A stretch of 64,000 nt of DNA from a bacterium (GTDB taxonomy: Bacteria > Zhuqueibacterota > Zhuqueibacteria > Residuimicrobiales > Krinioviventaceae): assembly GCA_963693055.1 (NCBI GenBank), contig OY843751.1:3712001-3776000 (forward strand), given 5' to 3'. The position numbers and the translations under genes are program-made. Shown piece by piece: positions 40,158 through 51,600 of the stretch. Each line of letters starts with the position of its first letter. Positions within the stretch are counted from its first letter, which is position 1. The notes under the pieces are model-generated. The model was not told the origin of the DNA, ran no database searches, and saw only the letters and a program-made list of their open reading frames with translations.

Positions 40158-41437
40158 TGATATAACGGAAGCAAAATAGTGATGGTTGTACCGGCATCGG
40201 GGGCGCTGGTGACCTGAATTTTGCCCTCGTGCTTTTGAATAACGTTATACGCAATGGACAATTCCGTACGCAATTGAATGCGGGAATCTTTTGTCCAAAA
40301 TCCCAGATCAAACATGGTATTTAACTGTTCTTCAGACAAAGGTTTACCTGTATCTGAAATAGAAATCTCTGCAAATTCCGCTTTTTCTTTTTTATCCAGT
40401 TTTACAAATTTTGTGGTAATGGTTAACGTGCCTTTGCTTTCCATATTTTGAACCGCAAAAAGGATCAGGCTCATAAATACCTGATTCATTTGATTGACAT
40501 AACATGGGACATTGGGCAGCTCGGAATATTTTTTAACAATGCTGATCTTTTCATCCAGTTCCTGCCGAATCAATGCCAGTGTATTATCTATACAATCATG
40601 AACATCTACAGCCTGCATATCGGCCTCATCCAAACGCGTAAAACTCTTTAAACTTTTAACCAGTCGCGAAATTCGATCACTGGCCTGAACGATAATTTGA
40701 TTATTGCTTTTTAAAATGTTTAGCGTTTTGTTGTACTGTTCACCATCTTTCAAATCCGGGCAGTCACTGTCGCCAACCAGTTTTTCTATTATTTTCAGAC
40801 ATCGATCAGATATATCTGCTGAGCTTTTTACAACGCCAATAGGATTATTAACTTCGTGGGCAATTCCCGCAACCAGGTTACCCACAGCAGCCATTTTTTC
40901 CGCATGCACAAGCTGAAGCTGTGTAGTTTTTAATTCTTCAAGAGTATTAGAAAGTTCCTGTGTACGTTCAGTCACCTTTTGTTCAAGAGTTTGGTTCATT
41001 TCCAGTAAACGCTGATGCTGTTCTTCCAGTTGCTTTTCCTGATAAAAGCTCTTGATGGCTTCCTGAATCGTTAAAATCAGGTCTTCCGGTTCCCAGGGTT
41101 TGGGGATGTATCGATACAGTTTGGCTTCGTTTACGGCTTTACCAATAGCATCAAGATTGGCCTGCCCCGTCAGCATGATCTTTAGAGTTCCAGGTGAAAT
41201 CTCGTGGATACGTTTCAAGAGTTCATCACCCTTCATGTCGGGCATTATATAATCTGCAATAACAACAGGAACATCACACTGGTCACTCATTAATTCTTCC
41301 AGTATCTCGAGAGCTTCCAGACTGCCTTCAGCAGTTTCAATTATATATTCTTCACCAAATGTACTTTTCAGTTCAGCTTTAAGACTGCTAAGCACAAACA
41401 TTTCATCATCAACACATATTATAGCAGGTTTGCTCAT
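40145..41437 (-). CDS. Hybrid receiver-histidine kinase (REC-HisKA-HATPase)
   Basis: CVDDE, IADYIMP, KPW; AGIAHEVNNP; partly degenerate N/G boxes. Confidence 0.9.
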   Translation of the reverse strand: MSKPAIICVDDEMFVLSSLKAELKSTFGEEYIIETAEGSLEALEILEELMSDQCDVPVVIADYIMPDMKGDELLKRIHEISPGTLKIMLTGQANLDAIGKAVNEAKLYRYIPKPWEPEDLILTIQEAIKSFYQEKQLEEQHQRLLEMNQTLEQKVTERTQELSNTLEELKTTQLQLVHAEKMAAVGNLVAGIAHEVNNPIGVVKSSADISDRCLKIIEKLVGDSDCPDLKDGEQYNKTLNILKSNNQIIVQASDRISRLVKSLKSFTRLDEADMQAVDVHDCIDNTLALIRQELDEKISIVKKYSELPNVPCYVNQMNQVFMSLILFAVQNMESKGTLTITTKFVKLDKKEKAEFAEISISDTGKPLSEEQLNTMFDLGFWTKDSRIQLRTELSIAYNVIQKHEGKIQVTSAPDAGTTITILLPLYHQIT

Positions 41438-41829
41438 AACCTTGCCAATCCTGTATTGATAGTATCAACCAGCTCTTCCTCGGTCCAGGGTTTATGCAGA
41501 CATCTGTGCAAATTCGCATTCTCAACGGCCCGTTTGATAGCCGTATCATCTGCCTGGCCAGTCAGCATAATTTTAACAATTTTGGGGAATTTTTGATGAA
41601 CTTTGATCAAAAATTCATCGCCTTTAATTCCAGGCATTAACCAGTCAGAAACAATAATAATAATATCCAGACCATCCTCTTCAAGTTCTTCAATTAGCTC
41701 CATGGCATCATTTGCGTTTTCTGCAACTTCATAGGTAAACCGGTCACCAAATCTATCTTTTAATTGAATTTTCAAACTATCCAGAATCATTTTTTCATCA
41801 TCTACGCACAGAATAACCTGCCGACTCAT
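41434..41829 (-). CDS. Single-domain response regulator
   Basis: CVDDE, VSDWLMP, MLTG, KPW. Confidence 0.92.
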   Translation of the reverse strand: MSRQVILCVDDEKMILDSLKIQLKDRFGDRFTYEVAENANDAMELIEELEEDGLDIIIIVSDWLMPGIKGDEFLIKVHQKFPKIVKIMLTGQADDTAIKRAVENANLHRCLHKPWTEEELVDTINTGLARL

Positions 41830-43607
41830 GCTTTCTCCTCCGCTATAGGTGGTGTATCCATCGGTAATATCACACTAAAAGTTGTTCTTCCTGGCTCACT
41901 CTCTACATTTATACTACCGCTATGTTTTTCTACAATACGTCTCACAATATCCAGGCCCAGACCGCTTCCCTCACCTCTCGCCTTTGTGGTATAAAATGGC
42001 TGAAAAATCTTTTCCTGAATTTCAGGTGGAATACCAGAGCCACTGTCTGTAATTTTCACTATTACATTTTTATCAACCTGGTCAACATCAACCTGCAAGG
42101 TGCCCTTGTTTTCCATCGCTTGCAATGCATTGTGGATAATATTTGTCCATACCTGATTCAATTCATCCGGGTAGCATAAAATGGGTGGTATCTCTTTGAT
42201 ATTTCGAACCACCTCTACACCATGTTTTAACTGGTTATAATATAAAGTAAGTACCGTTTCAATTCCATCTGCAATACTTGCAGAAACTTTTTGCCCTGAT
42301 TGATCATAACGGGCATAACTTTTTAAAGCAAATACTACTTTGGAAGCCCTGTCTGTTGCGGTACGGATATTATCTGCACTGCGCTGTAAACCAGACAATT
42401 TATACGCCATTTGCAAAATCATCATATTGTCTTTGTGATTTAACAGGGATGCAAACTGGCTGAGCGAATCATAGATCCCCATATCCACCAGGGTATCAGC
42501 AATACTATCTGCCTGATCAATTTGCAATTCCTGCAATTCTATAGTTAAATTTTTACGATGTTGACGTTCCTCTTTAGCAGAAATGCTAAAAGAGCGTGAC
42601 AAAGATTTTTCCATCAATTTAAAAAATGCTTCCCGCTGTTCGGCATTCAAAATCTCAAAAAATCCGGGTAACTGATCAAGCGTTTGTTCCAAAGCACGCG
42701 AAATATATCCAACCGAAGAACGGATCGCTCCCAGCGGAGTGTTGACTTCATGAGCAACACCGGCAATCAACTGCCCCAATGCTGCCATTTTTTCGGATTC
42801 TATCAACTGATTTTGGGTAGCCTTTAACTCGTCCAGAGTCTGGCTGAGTTGATTGGTTTTCTCCTGTAATGCCGTAACTGCCTGGTCACGTTCCTGTTCA
42901 CGCTCCTGTATGGCTTCAAGCATATTATTAAATCCGTCATACAGAACACCAATTTCGTCATTACCCGGCTTCTTGACACGTATGGAATAATCAGCATTTT
43001 CTGAAATTCTGTTGGTAACCTTGGCCAATTTTAATACAGGGCGTGATACAAAGCCCTGTAACCACAATGCCATAAAATGGATCAATACCATTATAGATAC
43101 CAACAATCCTGACATCATCATTAAATATTTCTTAATACGAGCCTGAAGCTGGTGGGTAGAAGCTTTTAACAGTATTGTACCCATTTTTTGGTTATAAGAT
43201 TTTATTGGCTGAAAGATATATAATAAATTCCGATCAAAATAGACAGCACTGTCTTGTACTGCGGGAATAACATCATTCGGGGAAATGGAATAAGAAGCAA
43301 ATACAGAGTCTTGATTGGTGTACACAATTCCCTGTACCAGTTCGGGCAGGGTTTCAATTTTTTCAAGAACTTCCTGAGCGCCAATGGGATATTCAAACTC
43401 GAGTGAAGTAACACAATACTCGCCCATCAACTTGGCATTCATAAGCGTATTGTTCACCAGTTCTTGTTTAAAAGATTTAATATCATTAAAAATTACAAAC
43501 GCAAAACCAAAAAAGATGGCAACAAAAGTAACAATCCAGATGATATAGATAATTTTATTACGTATTGACAAATTCTTCAAGATACTCATATCTTGTCCTT
43601 TTTGCAT
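41826..43607 (-). CDS. Membrane sensor histidine kinase (periplasmic CHASE8-like sensor, HAMP, HisKA, HATPase)
   Basis: Two TM segments; DYSIRV...DEIG.L..GFN.ML HAMP; AHEVNTP; NA.QA, DSGSG, FYTTK, GSGLGL. Confidence 0.9.
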   Translation of the reverse strand: MQKGQDMSILKNLSIRNKIIYIIWIVTFVAIFFGFAFVIFNDIKSFKQELVNNTLMNAKLMGEYCVTSLEFEYPIGAQEVLEKIETLPELVQGIVYTNQDSVFASYSISPNDVIPAVQDSAVYFDRNLLYIFQPIKSYNQKMGTILLKASTHQLQARIKKYLMMMSGLLVSIMVLIHFMALWLQGFVSRPVLKLAKVTNRISENADYSIRVKKPGNDEIGVLYDGFNNMLEAIQEREQERDQAVTALQEKTNQLSQTLDELKATQNQLIESEKMAALGQLIAGVAHEVNTPLGAIRSSVGYISRALEQTLDQLPGFFEILNAEQREAFFKLMEKSLSRSFSISAKEERQHRKNLTIELQELQIDQADSIADTLVDMGIYDSLSQFASLLNHKDNMMILQMAYKLSGLQRSADNIRTATDRASKVVFALKSYARYDQSGQKVSASIADGIETVLTLYYNQLKHGVEVVRNIKEIPPILCYPDELNQVWTNIIHNALQAMENKGTLQVDVDQVDKNVIVKITDSGSGIPPEIQEKIFQPFYTTKARGEGSGLGLDIVRRIVEKHSGSINVESEPGRTTFSVILPMDTPPIAEEKA

Positions 43608-43623
43608 TAACTATAGCATTCCA

Positions 43624-45897
43624 TCAAGGCAAAATTTCAAAGCCAACCAGGTAGGTATCATAGATATAATCCGCAAAACCATATTCACGGTGTTTTCCAA
43701 ATATATTTTTTGCACTGACAAAAGCGGAAACATTTTCCCATAATTTATATGAACATTTTGCATTCAAGCTCAGATATGGATCAAGATGAAGAGGATAATC
43801 TTCTTCCACACTCATACCGGTAAAAGTCTGAGAACCGGAATAATATCCATTTATATTTATATTAAACCTTGAAGGTGAATTATAATTCAGAGAAAAACCA
43901 CCATAGAAATATGGCGTAGAATCGGGTTTATCTCGGGTATCTGATTCAACAATGCTATCCAATTGGGCTTCGGTATAATATTGGTAACCAAGAATTGCTT
44001 CCACTTGTTCAATGTTCCTTCTCAGATTACTTTTAATCTCGTCCTTGTCCCAAATCGTATTGGTTTCCTGCAGAATCCCAAAGAACTTGAATTTCCAATT
44101 TTCAATGGGTGTATAGGTAACAGAGAATTCTAATCCAAATTGCATAGCGTTTTGATAGTCAACATTATCATAAGTTAAATTCTCTGCAATCACCGGCAAT
44201 TGAAAGCCATCGTCAACGGTCATGGTATCAAGGCTAAAATCAGAAACGGGGGTTACCAAAAAATCATCCAGCAATGCACCAAACACCTGTACGTCTACAT
44301 CCAACCTGGGACTAATTTTAGAACGTAAGCCCAATTCCAGATTATGATTGGAAAGATAATCCGTATCCTGATTGGCCTGAAATTTTAACAATACCGGAAA
44401 ACCCGTAGTATAATCACCCAGCCATGTCAATACCGACACATTTTTTCCAATAAAGGAATCCAACATGAATGGGGCCCGATTTGCTTTAGAATAGACCAAT
44501 CTCAACAAATTGTTCTTATTAAGTCTATACGTAGTTGCAGCTTCATAAGTTACAGAAAGGGTTTTGTTGATGGAATAATCATCTACCCGAAAACCACCTA
44601 TCCACCGCCATTGATTCGCAAGCATATAGTCCGCCAGCAGTGAGAAACCGGTTGATTCAATAATCCTGTTGCTCACAGGTTTTTGATGGGTATCCTGGCC
44701 AAAGTCTTCATCATCAATCAACAAACCGCTATAATCGGATTTCCGATAGCTGATACCCGGACGTACATGCAGATTTTTAAAATGGTATTGATATTCAGCC
44801 AGCAAATCCAGATGGTCAAAATCATATGCATTCCAGAAAAAATTATTATCATGTTTGCCTGTCTGCAAAGAAACCTGGGTATATAAACCTTTATATTTGG
44901 CAATCAAATCACCATAGTAGCTTTTGGAATCGTAACCTGACAGCGGAGTAGCAAAATTATTATAATAGGGTTTCTGACTCAAAGCTTCCTGAAAGCCACC
45001 ACTAAAATTGACAGAAAAATCGTCTGAAAAGAAATAACTGAGATAGCTGTTCAAGCCATATTTATCAATTGCCAAATCTTTATCGAACTGAAAATTCATT
45101 CCACTTTCAGACAGTCTATAAGGTTCATTTGTAGCAGGATTAAATCCCCAGAACATGAGTGTTGACATGTCTTCAATAGGTAAATACTCGCGATCCAGCC
45201 AGGCATAATAGAGTTCATCTCTTCTATCCTGGGTTTTATAATTTCCGGAAATTCCAATAGCAATTTTTGAATTTGTATAACCTACAGACAAGTTTGAAAT
45301 TTTGGAATTATCATTCCCTACTGCTGCATTTGCAAAAGCAGATACTCCCGGCTTTTCCGCAAAATGAGTTATAATATTAATTACGCCTGCTGCAGCGTTC
45401 GGCCCATAAAGAGCAGAAGCAGGTCCGCGTACTACTTCAATACGATCAATATCACTAACACCAATAGGTAACGATTCCCAAAAAGTACCACCAGAAAAAT
45501 AATTATACACAACACGATTATCAATCATCACCAGCATGATTGTATTGGTTGGTAACGGGGTCATAAAACTTGTGGTTACATCATCAAATCCACGGATATG
45601 TACGTCAAAATTGCCCGGGGTAGACTCTCTTACAATCAAACCGGGAGCCAACCGTAACGCTTCAGGAATGCTGGTAACACCCGCTTGTAAAATCTCTTCC
45701 TGTTTTATGATTGTTACAGACAGAGGGGCTTCGAACAGATCTTCCGGCCTTTTGGAAGCAGAAACCATAACATCCACATCAAACAGTTCTTCCAAAGACA
45801 TGTCTAAATATACGTTATCAGATTGCCCCAGCACGGCATCTGTTTCAGAGAGAATGAATAAACATAAAATAATATATTGGTACCAGCGAGAACCCAT
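43624..45897 (-). CDS. TonB-dependent receptor
   Basis: MSLEELF...SASK, IPEALRLAPG, IDRIEVVRGPASALYG.NA..GVINIIT plug; beta-barrel; C-terminal aromatic strand. Confidence 0.92.
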   Translation of the reverse strand: MGSRWYQYIILCLFILSETDAVLGQSDNVYLDMSLEELFDVDVMVSASKRPEDLFEAPLSVTIIKQEEILQAGVTSIPEALRLAPGLIVRESTPGNFDVHIRGFDDVTTSFMTPLPTNTIMLVMIDNRVVYNYFSGGTFWESLPIGVSDIDRIEVVRGPASALYGPNAAAGVINIITHFAEKPGVSAFANAAVGNDNSKISNLSVGYTNSKIAIGISGNYKTQDRRDELYYAWLDREYLPIEDMSTLMFWGFNPATNEPYRLSESGMNFQFDKDLAIDKYGLNSYLSYFFSDDFSVNFSGGFQEALSQKPYYNNFATPLSGYDSKSYYGDLIAKYKGLYTQVSLQTGKHDNNFFWNAYDFDHLDLLAEYQYHFKNLHVRPGISYRKSDYSGLLIDDEDFGQDTHQKPVSNRIIESTGFSLLADYMLANQWRWIGGFRVDDYSINKTLSVTYEAATTYRLNKNNLLRLVYSKANRAPFMLDSFIGKNVSVLTWLGDYTTGFPVLLKFQANQDTDYLSNHNLELGLRSKISPRLDVDVQVFGALLDDFLVTPVSDFSLDTMTVDDGFQLPVIAENLTYDNVDYQNAMQFGLEFSVTYTPIENWKFKFFGILQETNTIWDKDEIKSNLRRNIEQVEAILGYQYYTEAQLDSIVESDTRDKPDSTPYFYGGFSLNYNSPSRFNININGYYSGSQTFTGMSVEEDYPLHLDPYLSLNAKCSYKLWENVSAFVSAKNIFGKHREYGFADYIYDTYLVGFEILP

Positions 45898-45914
45898 ACA
45901 GGTCCCTCCCAAAC

Positions 45915-46448
45915 TTAGTATACTTTGACCACTTTGAGTAAATTGGCTGACAAGGTATGTCCTTCTTGCTTTAGCGAATCCAGATTCACAAACAATCTGG
46001 GCTTATCATTCAACAAACCCAACGCTACTGACGCGTGTCCCTCTTCTGCATACCTTGTTATACCCGTTATTGATAATTTTTTATATTTTTTACAAATAGC
46101 AGATACCCTGTTTGTACCCGGCATCATGTAAACAATATCATAATCCTTAATATGCTGCTCAATTTCACCTTGCTGAACAGCTTTTACATTAACACCCGCG
46201 TCTTTGAATGCCTGGCTCATTTCATCTTTGATTGAACGCGTACGACTGTTGTAAATAATCAACAACGAAATTTCGCCGTCATCTTTTAGCTCGGTATCGT
46301 ACTTGAATACCTTGACAAAGGTAGCCACCTGCAATAAAACCGGTGTTTCCATATTTTGAGCAGAAACCGGTTTTGCAATGCAAAAGATCAAAACTAGTAA
46401 TAAAATTTTGAAAAACTTTTTCAACAAATTGAGCATTAAAGCGTCCAT
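45915..46448 (-). CDS. YfiR/HmsC-like periplasmic protein
   Basis: Signal peptide; C-terminal PRLFVNL..LK.EG..LSANLLKVV; position beside TBDR and CHASE-type kinase. Confidence 0.75.
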   Translation of the reverse strand: MDALMLNLLKKFFKILLLVLIFCIAKPVSAQNMETPVLLQVATFVKVFKYDTELKDDGEISLLIIYNSRTRSIKDEMSQAFKDAGVNVKAVQQGEIEQHIKDYDIVYMMPGTNRVSAICKKYKKLSITGITRYAEEGHASVALGLLNDKPRLFVNLDSLKQEGHTLSANLLKVVKVY

Positions 46449-46592
46449 TTAACATTCAGAATATGTAATATATCAATTATGATAATCAAGGGCAATAATT
46501 AAGTAAAAACAACCTTAAATATATTTAATTTTTACAGGATTAAGCTTTGTATAAACAAAAAAAATTGATATTTTTATTAACTAAATCTGATA

Positions 46593-47213
46593 ATGGAAAA
46601 AATGCAAGACGATTTTTATAAAACAATAAAAACATTTACCGAGACTGAATTTAAAGAAAAAGGTTCGCGTTTTATCAATAAAGCGTATCCGGTTCAAGAC
46701 AGAGATACTGCCGAAGAAATTATCGCTAAAATCAGCAAACAATATTATGATGCCACACACAATTGCTTTGCATACAGTTTAGGCACCGGTCCGCAATGCA
46801 TTACCCGATTTAATGATGATGGCGAACCCTCTGGAACAGCAGGTAAACCCATACTCCAGGCGATTGAAGGGCGCGAGTTGACAGATGTGCTTGTCATTGT
46901 AACCAGATATTTTGGCGGAACCAAACTGGGAACCGGTGGCTTAATAAGAGCGTATGGCGGTGGCGCAGCCCAGGTGCTTGATGAGGCCAAAACCGTTATC
47001 TGTTACATCAAAGAAAGCATTACTTTTGAATACGATTATGCCTTGTCAAATCTGGTTAATACCTGCATTCAAAAATATAAAGCAGATGTTATAAATACAG
47101 ATTTTAGTGATACGGTTCTGCAAACCATACAAATCCGTTCCAGTTTATTAAAAGCTTTTGCAGATCAAATTGTAGACCAGTCTGCCGGTAAAATTAAAAT
47201 CATTGAGGACTAA
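46593..47213 (+). CDS. yigZ: YigZ/IMPACT family protein
   Basis: KGSRFI, DATHNCFAY, DDGEPSGTAGKP, RYFGGTKLGTGGLIRAY. Confidence 0.92.
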   Translation: MEKMQDDFYKTIKTFTETEFKEKGSRFINKAYPVQDRDTAEEIIAKISKQYYDATHNCFAYSLGTGPQCITRFNDDGEPSGTAGKPILQAIEGRELTDVLVIVTRYFGGTKLGTGGLIRAYGGGAAQVLDEAKTVICYIKESITFEYDYALSNLVNTCIQKYKADVINTDFSDTVLQTIQIRSSLLKAFADQIVDQSAGKIKIIED

Positions 47214-48439
47214 TGGTAACACTGTTTGTCATTTCATTATTGCTGAGCGCCTATTTTTCAGGATCCGAAACCGCATTTGTTTCTTCAAACCGGTTACGTT
47301 TCCAGATACAGAATCACGAATCCATCAAGCGAAGGCCTGTATTGTTTCTGCTTTCAAACGCGCAGCGATTTTTAACCACTACCCTTGTGGGAAACAATAT
47401 TGTAATGGTAACCTGTTCCACACTCGCTGTTGTATTATTTACTCCCTATTTATCAGAATCGGTTATTGTGGTTTTGACAACCATCAGCTTGCTGCTATTT
47501 GGTGAAATATTACCAAAATCCATTGCACAACAGCTACCTAACCGCCTGATAAGAATTTCAGCCCCGCTGATGCTGATTTTCTATTTTGTATTCTATCCCC
47601 TGAACAAAATCGCTGAACTCATGTCCCAATGGGCCATTAACATTTTCAGAGGAAACAAAGGTACCGTCAACACGTTTTTCCGGAAACAGGATCTTTTGGT
47701 ACTTTTAAGAGAGTATTTCAGCACAAAGACCCTGAGCATGCACGACCGTCAGCTCATAGCCAAAGCCATGAAAATTGGTGATATTCGCGTTGTAGATATA
47801 ATGATTCCCCGTACCGATATTGTTGGTATTGAACACGACACCCCGGTTGAAGAGATTACCGACCTTTTTATCAAAACCGGCTACTCGCGCTTTCCGGTAT
47901 TTGGTGCAGATATGGACAATGTATTGGGTTTTCTCTATTTTCAGGATCTGCTGGGTTTGAAAAAAAATAAAAAACCAATCATTCATGAAGCTCTGGTGAT
48001 ACCGGAATCTGCCAAAGCTATTCACGCACTGAACACACTTCGTACAAAGGGAAAGAGTATTGCACTGGTAGTGGATGAACATGGCGGTACCGCAGGATTA
48101 TTGACCCTTGAAAATATTGTAGAACAGGTATTTGGAAGTATTTACGACGAGTTTGATACCAGTCAGGACCGCATTCGTGCCTTTAACGAATCCACAATTG
48201 TGGCAAGCGGCCGCACCGAAGTGGAAGACCTGATTGAAAGGCACAAACTGCCTGTACCTGAAGGCGATTATGTAACTATAGCCGGCTTTATCATCGACTA
48301 TCTGGGTTACATCCCCAAACCGGGTGAAAAAATTAAATTCCCATGGGCAACCATCACCATCCTCAACTCGGATGACACCAAAATATCAGACATCAAGATC
48401 GTCAAGCATCTCTATCAAAAGCGGATAAAAAACGAGTAA
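47213..48439 (+). CDS. HlyC/CorC (CNNM-CBS-CorC) family transporter
   Basis: FSGSETAF, LVGNN, FGEILPKS, MIPRTD, YSRFPV, VVDEHGG, TIAG. Confidence 0.9.
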   Translation: MVTLFVISLLLSAYFSGSETAFVSSNRLRFQIQNHESIKRRPVLFLLSNAQRFLTTTLVGNNIVMVTCSTLAVVLFTPYLSESVIVVLTTISLLLFGEILPKSIAQQLPNRLIRISAPLMLIFYFVFYPLNKIAELMSQWAINIFRGNKGTVNTFFRKQDLLVLLREYFSTKTLSMHDRQLIAKAMKIGDIRVVDIMIPRTDIVGIEHDTPVEEITDLFIKTGYSRFPVFGADMDNVLGFLYFQDLLGLKKNKKPIIHEALVIPESAKAIHALNTLRTKGKSIALVVDEHGGTAGLLTLENIVEQVFGSIYDEFDTSQDRIRAFNESTIVASGRTEVEDLIERHKLPVPEGDYVTIAGFIIDYLGYIPKPGEKIKFPWATITILNSDDTKISDIKIVKHLYQKRIKNE

Positions 48440-48458
48440 ATGCTGCAAATGTGGTAAA

Positions 48459-48514
48459 GTGGTCAGTGGTCAGTGGTCAGTGGTCAGTGGTCAGTGGTCA
48501 GTGGTCAGTGGTCA
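48459..48514. repeat. Perfect heptamer tandem repeat (GTGGTCA)8
   Basis: Eight exact copies, with a degenerate GTGGTAA copy just before, in the gap between convergent genes. Confidence 0.97.
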
Positions 48515-48555
48515 GAAACTAACATTTCACACAATCTTTCTCAATAGTAAGATAG

Positions 48556-48588
48556 AAAAAACCGGAGTTGATCAACTCAACCCCGGTT
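48556..48588 (-). terminator. Intrinsic terminator of the FISUMP locus
   Basis: AACCGGGGTTGA-loop-TCAACTCCGGTT then T tract on the minus strand. Confidence 0.8.
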
Positions 48589-48602
48589 AAATTATATTCA
48601 AT

Positions 48603-51600
48603 TTATTCAGTACTGTCTTTGACGAGACGTATAGAGCGCCCGTGTTTTAGATACAAGCCGTAACGAGTTATCATATCACTATCATAGATCAGGTACCGCA
48701 TCTTAGCGGTACTATTACCGGACTGTGTAGCAGTCCAAAATGCGGCATAGCTGCCCAAACTGGAAAAATCAATCCCAGTATTGGGGTAACGGTAACCGCC
48801 AGGACGAGCTGAAAACCCGCTTTCATTGGTAGCACCCGTATTGGGATTTTGCCATAAACCATTCCTTGATTCGACAGTTCCCATTTCTTTTAGCTTCCCA
48901 CCTTCATCTGTGCCGCGGTATTGACTATCATCTATTTCCACATCGTTCATGCTCATACCTAAAAACATTTCCATTTCTTTCCATTCTTCATCACTTGGTA
49001 CATGCCATCCTTCGGGTGCAATATTGCGCTCATCATCAACAGCATACCAGTTGTACAGGGCACCATAAATAGCAGCATTTTTTTTATCATTATCATAATA
49101 ACAAAAAGCACCAGATAAGACATCCCACTCGGCTGCATCGGTAGCATTCGGAATTAGATCTCCATTACGATAATGGGTCACCCTTAAATTCTCTGCCATC
49201 CACCATTGATTACCAATTTTAACAGTCCTGTAAACATTACCATCATTATCTGTCATAGTACCGATTTCAAGGGAGTTATTTTGCACGCTTATTATTGTTT
49301 CAGCAGTTTGATTTTTGTAACTGGCTGTAATTGTTACTACACCTGTATTGGAATTTGAGGATGTAAACAATCCGTTATTATCAATTGTACCTGCGCTACC
49401 AGAGGTAATACTCCATGTCGTTTCATTACTTATATCTACTGAACCCCCATCAGTTAAGTTGGTGGTACAATTAAGCTGCAAGGTTTCGCCATTGTAAACA
49501 ATGCTGTAGGGTTGTGTGATATTGATACTTTCTAACTCACTTGAGGTTTCTTCACCACGGACAAGACGTATTGAGAACCCGCCTATTCTAGGACCATAAT
49601 TTCGGGATACTCGATTCTCCATAAAATGCAAAATCCGGATCCAATAAGAGTTTTCACTGATAGCCGTAGAAGACCAATAAAACGCATACATACCCATGCC
49701 ACTATTACGCCAACCACCAGCCCGGGCGGAAAATCCACTCTCGTTCGTAGCACTATTTGTAAAACCAGGGTTGGGTTTTTTCCAGTGAGCATTGCCGATT
49801 TCTTTCAGTTTATCACCTTCATCTGTGCCCCGAAATTTGCCCAAAAAATCACCTTCTGAATCCGCTTCTTCCTGGCTCATACCTAAATACATCTCTAACT
49901 CTTTCCATTCATCATCTGTCGGTACATGCCACCCTTCCGGTGCAATATTACGTGCATCCGTAGCAGCATACCCGTTATAAAATGCGCCATAGTCATCAGC
50001 ATATTTATTATTGTTGTTATAATAACATAATGCTCCAGTCACAAGTTCGCCCCATTCTGTATCATCCGTAACGTTTGGTATTGGATCACCATTTCGATAA
50101 TGTGTTACTCGCAGATCTTCCATCATCCACCATTGTTCACCGATCCTGATGGTCTTGTAAACATTACCGTCAATATCCGTTACTGTTCCGGTTTCAAAAA
50201 TCGCATCATCATATTCAATCTCAAAGCATTCATCACTCTCATCTGACATGCTGGATTGTGTTCCAATTACATTGATTGTAAACTGGTTGGATGGTGAAAG
50301 CGTACTGGGAATATTCCAGGAAAATTCACCATCATTTTCTGTTTCAGCTATCCGTATAGAAAAAACTCCTTTTTGATACAAATCCAGATAAACCATCTTA
50401 TCATACTCATTAGGATCCCAATGGATACTTGTGGTATTTCCGGCAAGAAAGCTTTCACCGCCATTGGGATAAGTCATTGTAATATCAGGATCCATTTCAT
50501 CACTATCACTGACCAAACGGATATAAAAGCCATTTCCTTTGTTGTAGGAATCACGGGAAATTGAGCTATGATCATAGCCTAAACTTCGGGCCCATGCTTC
50601 ATCTTTACCATTTTGAGAAGATGTCCAAAAACATGTATTTGTATTTTTTGTTTGAAATTCTCCAGTAAGGTAGTTACAGAAACCACCGGGCAATGCTCTG
50701 AACCCACTCTCATTGGTAGCGCCTGTATTGGGGCTGTTCCAATGATCGGTACCCGATTCTTTCAACATACCGCCTTCAACCGTGCCCCGCGGGCCGACAT
50801 TATCCAAATCACTCATACCCAGATATGACTCTAACTGTTTCCATTCATCATCAGTGGGAGCATGCCAGCCTTCAGGGAAAATATCATATTCAAAAGCAGT
50901 TTCAATCATATTCCAGTTATACATTGCACCGTAAATATCTAGATTGTTTTCGTCATCATCATAATAACAGCAAGCAGCTTCAGACAGCCCAACCCAGGGA
51001 TCATCATTATCCGTATATAACCATGAAAATCCATATACATTATGGGTTGTTTTCAGGTTTTCGGCCATCCACCATTGATTACCGATCTTGATAATTTTAT
51101 AGGTTTTTCCCTCAAGATCCGTCATAGTCCCGGTTTCATATTTGCTATCAACTGTTATGGTGGTTTCTGCAGTTAAACCATCAAATAACACTTTAATTTT
51201 CACACTACCTGTAGCCAGGTCATCAGCTGTAAAAAGTCCATCAGTGTCAATAATACCGCAATTACCATAAATTATATTCCAGGATACATATTTACTGATG
51301 TCAATTGCACTGCCATCACTATATTGAGCAGTACATGTTAATTGTAAAGATTCACTATTATTAACAGTTATATCCTGAGGTGTGATTTTAATTGCATCTA
51401 ACCTTGTAAAATTTGTATCACCTTTTGCACAGCGAAACCCCCGATTTTTATATCCTAACCACGCCTTATCACGGTTACGATTTGCAGGTCTGGCTTTGGA
51501 CATGGCCTCATCCCATGCTCCACCTCGCAGTATCCGGCCTGTTTTGTTTACATCAGATGGACCATATGGATTTTCACACGGTCCGGTACTGTAATAATCA

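Noticed and set aside
48459-48514. CRISPR array
   Set aside because: Contiguous 7-bp units without spacers; no cas genes in the window.
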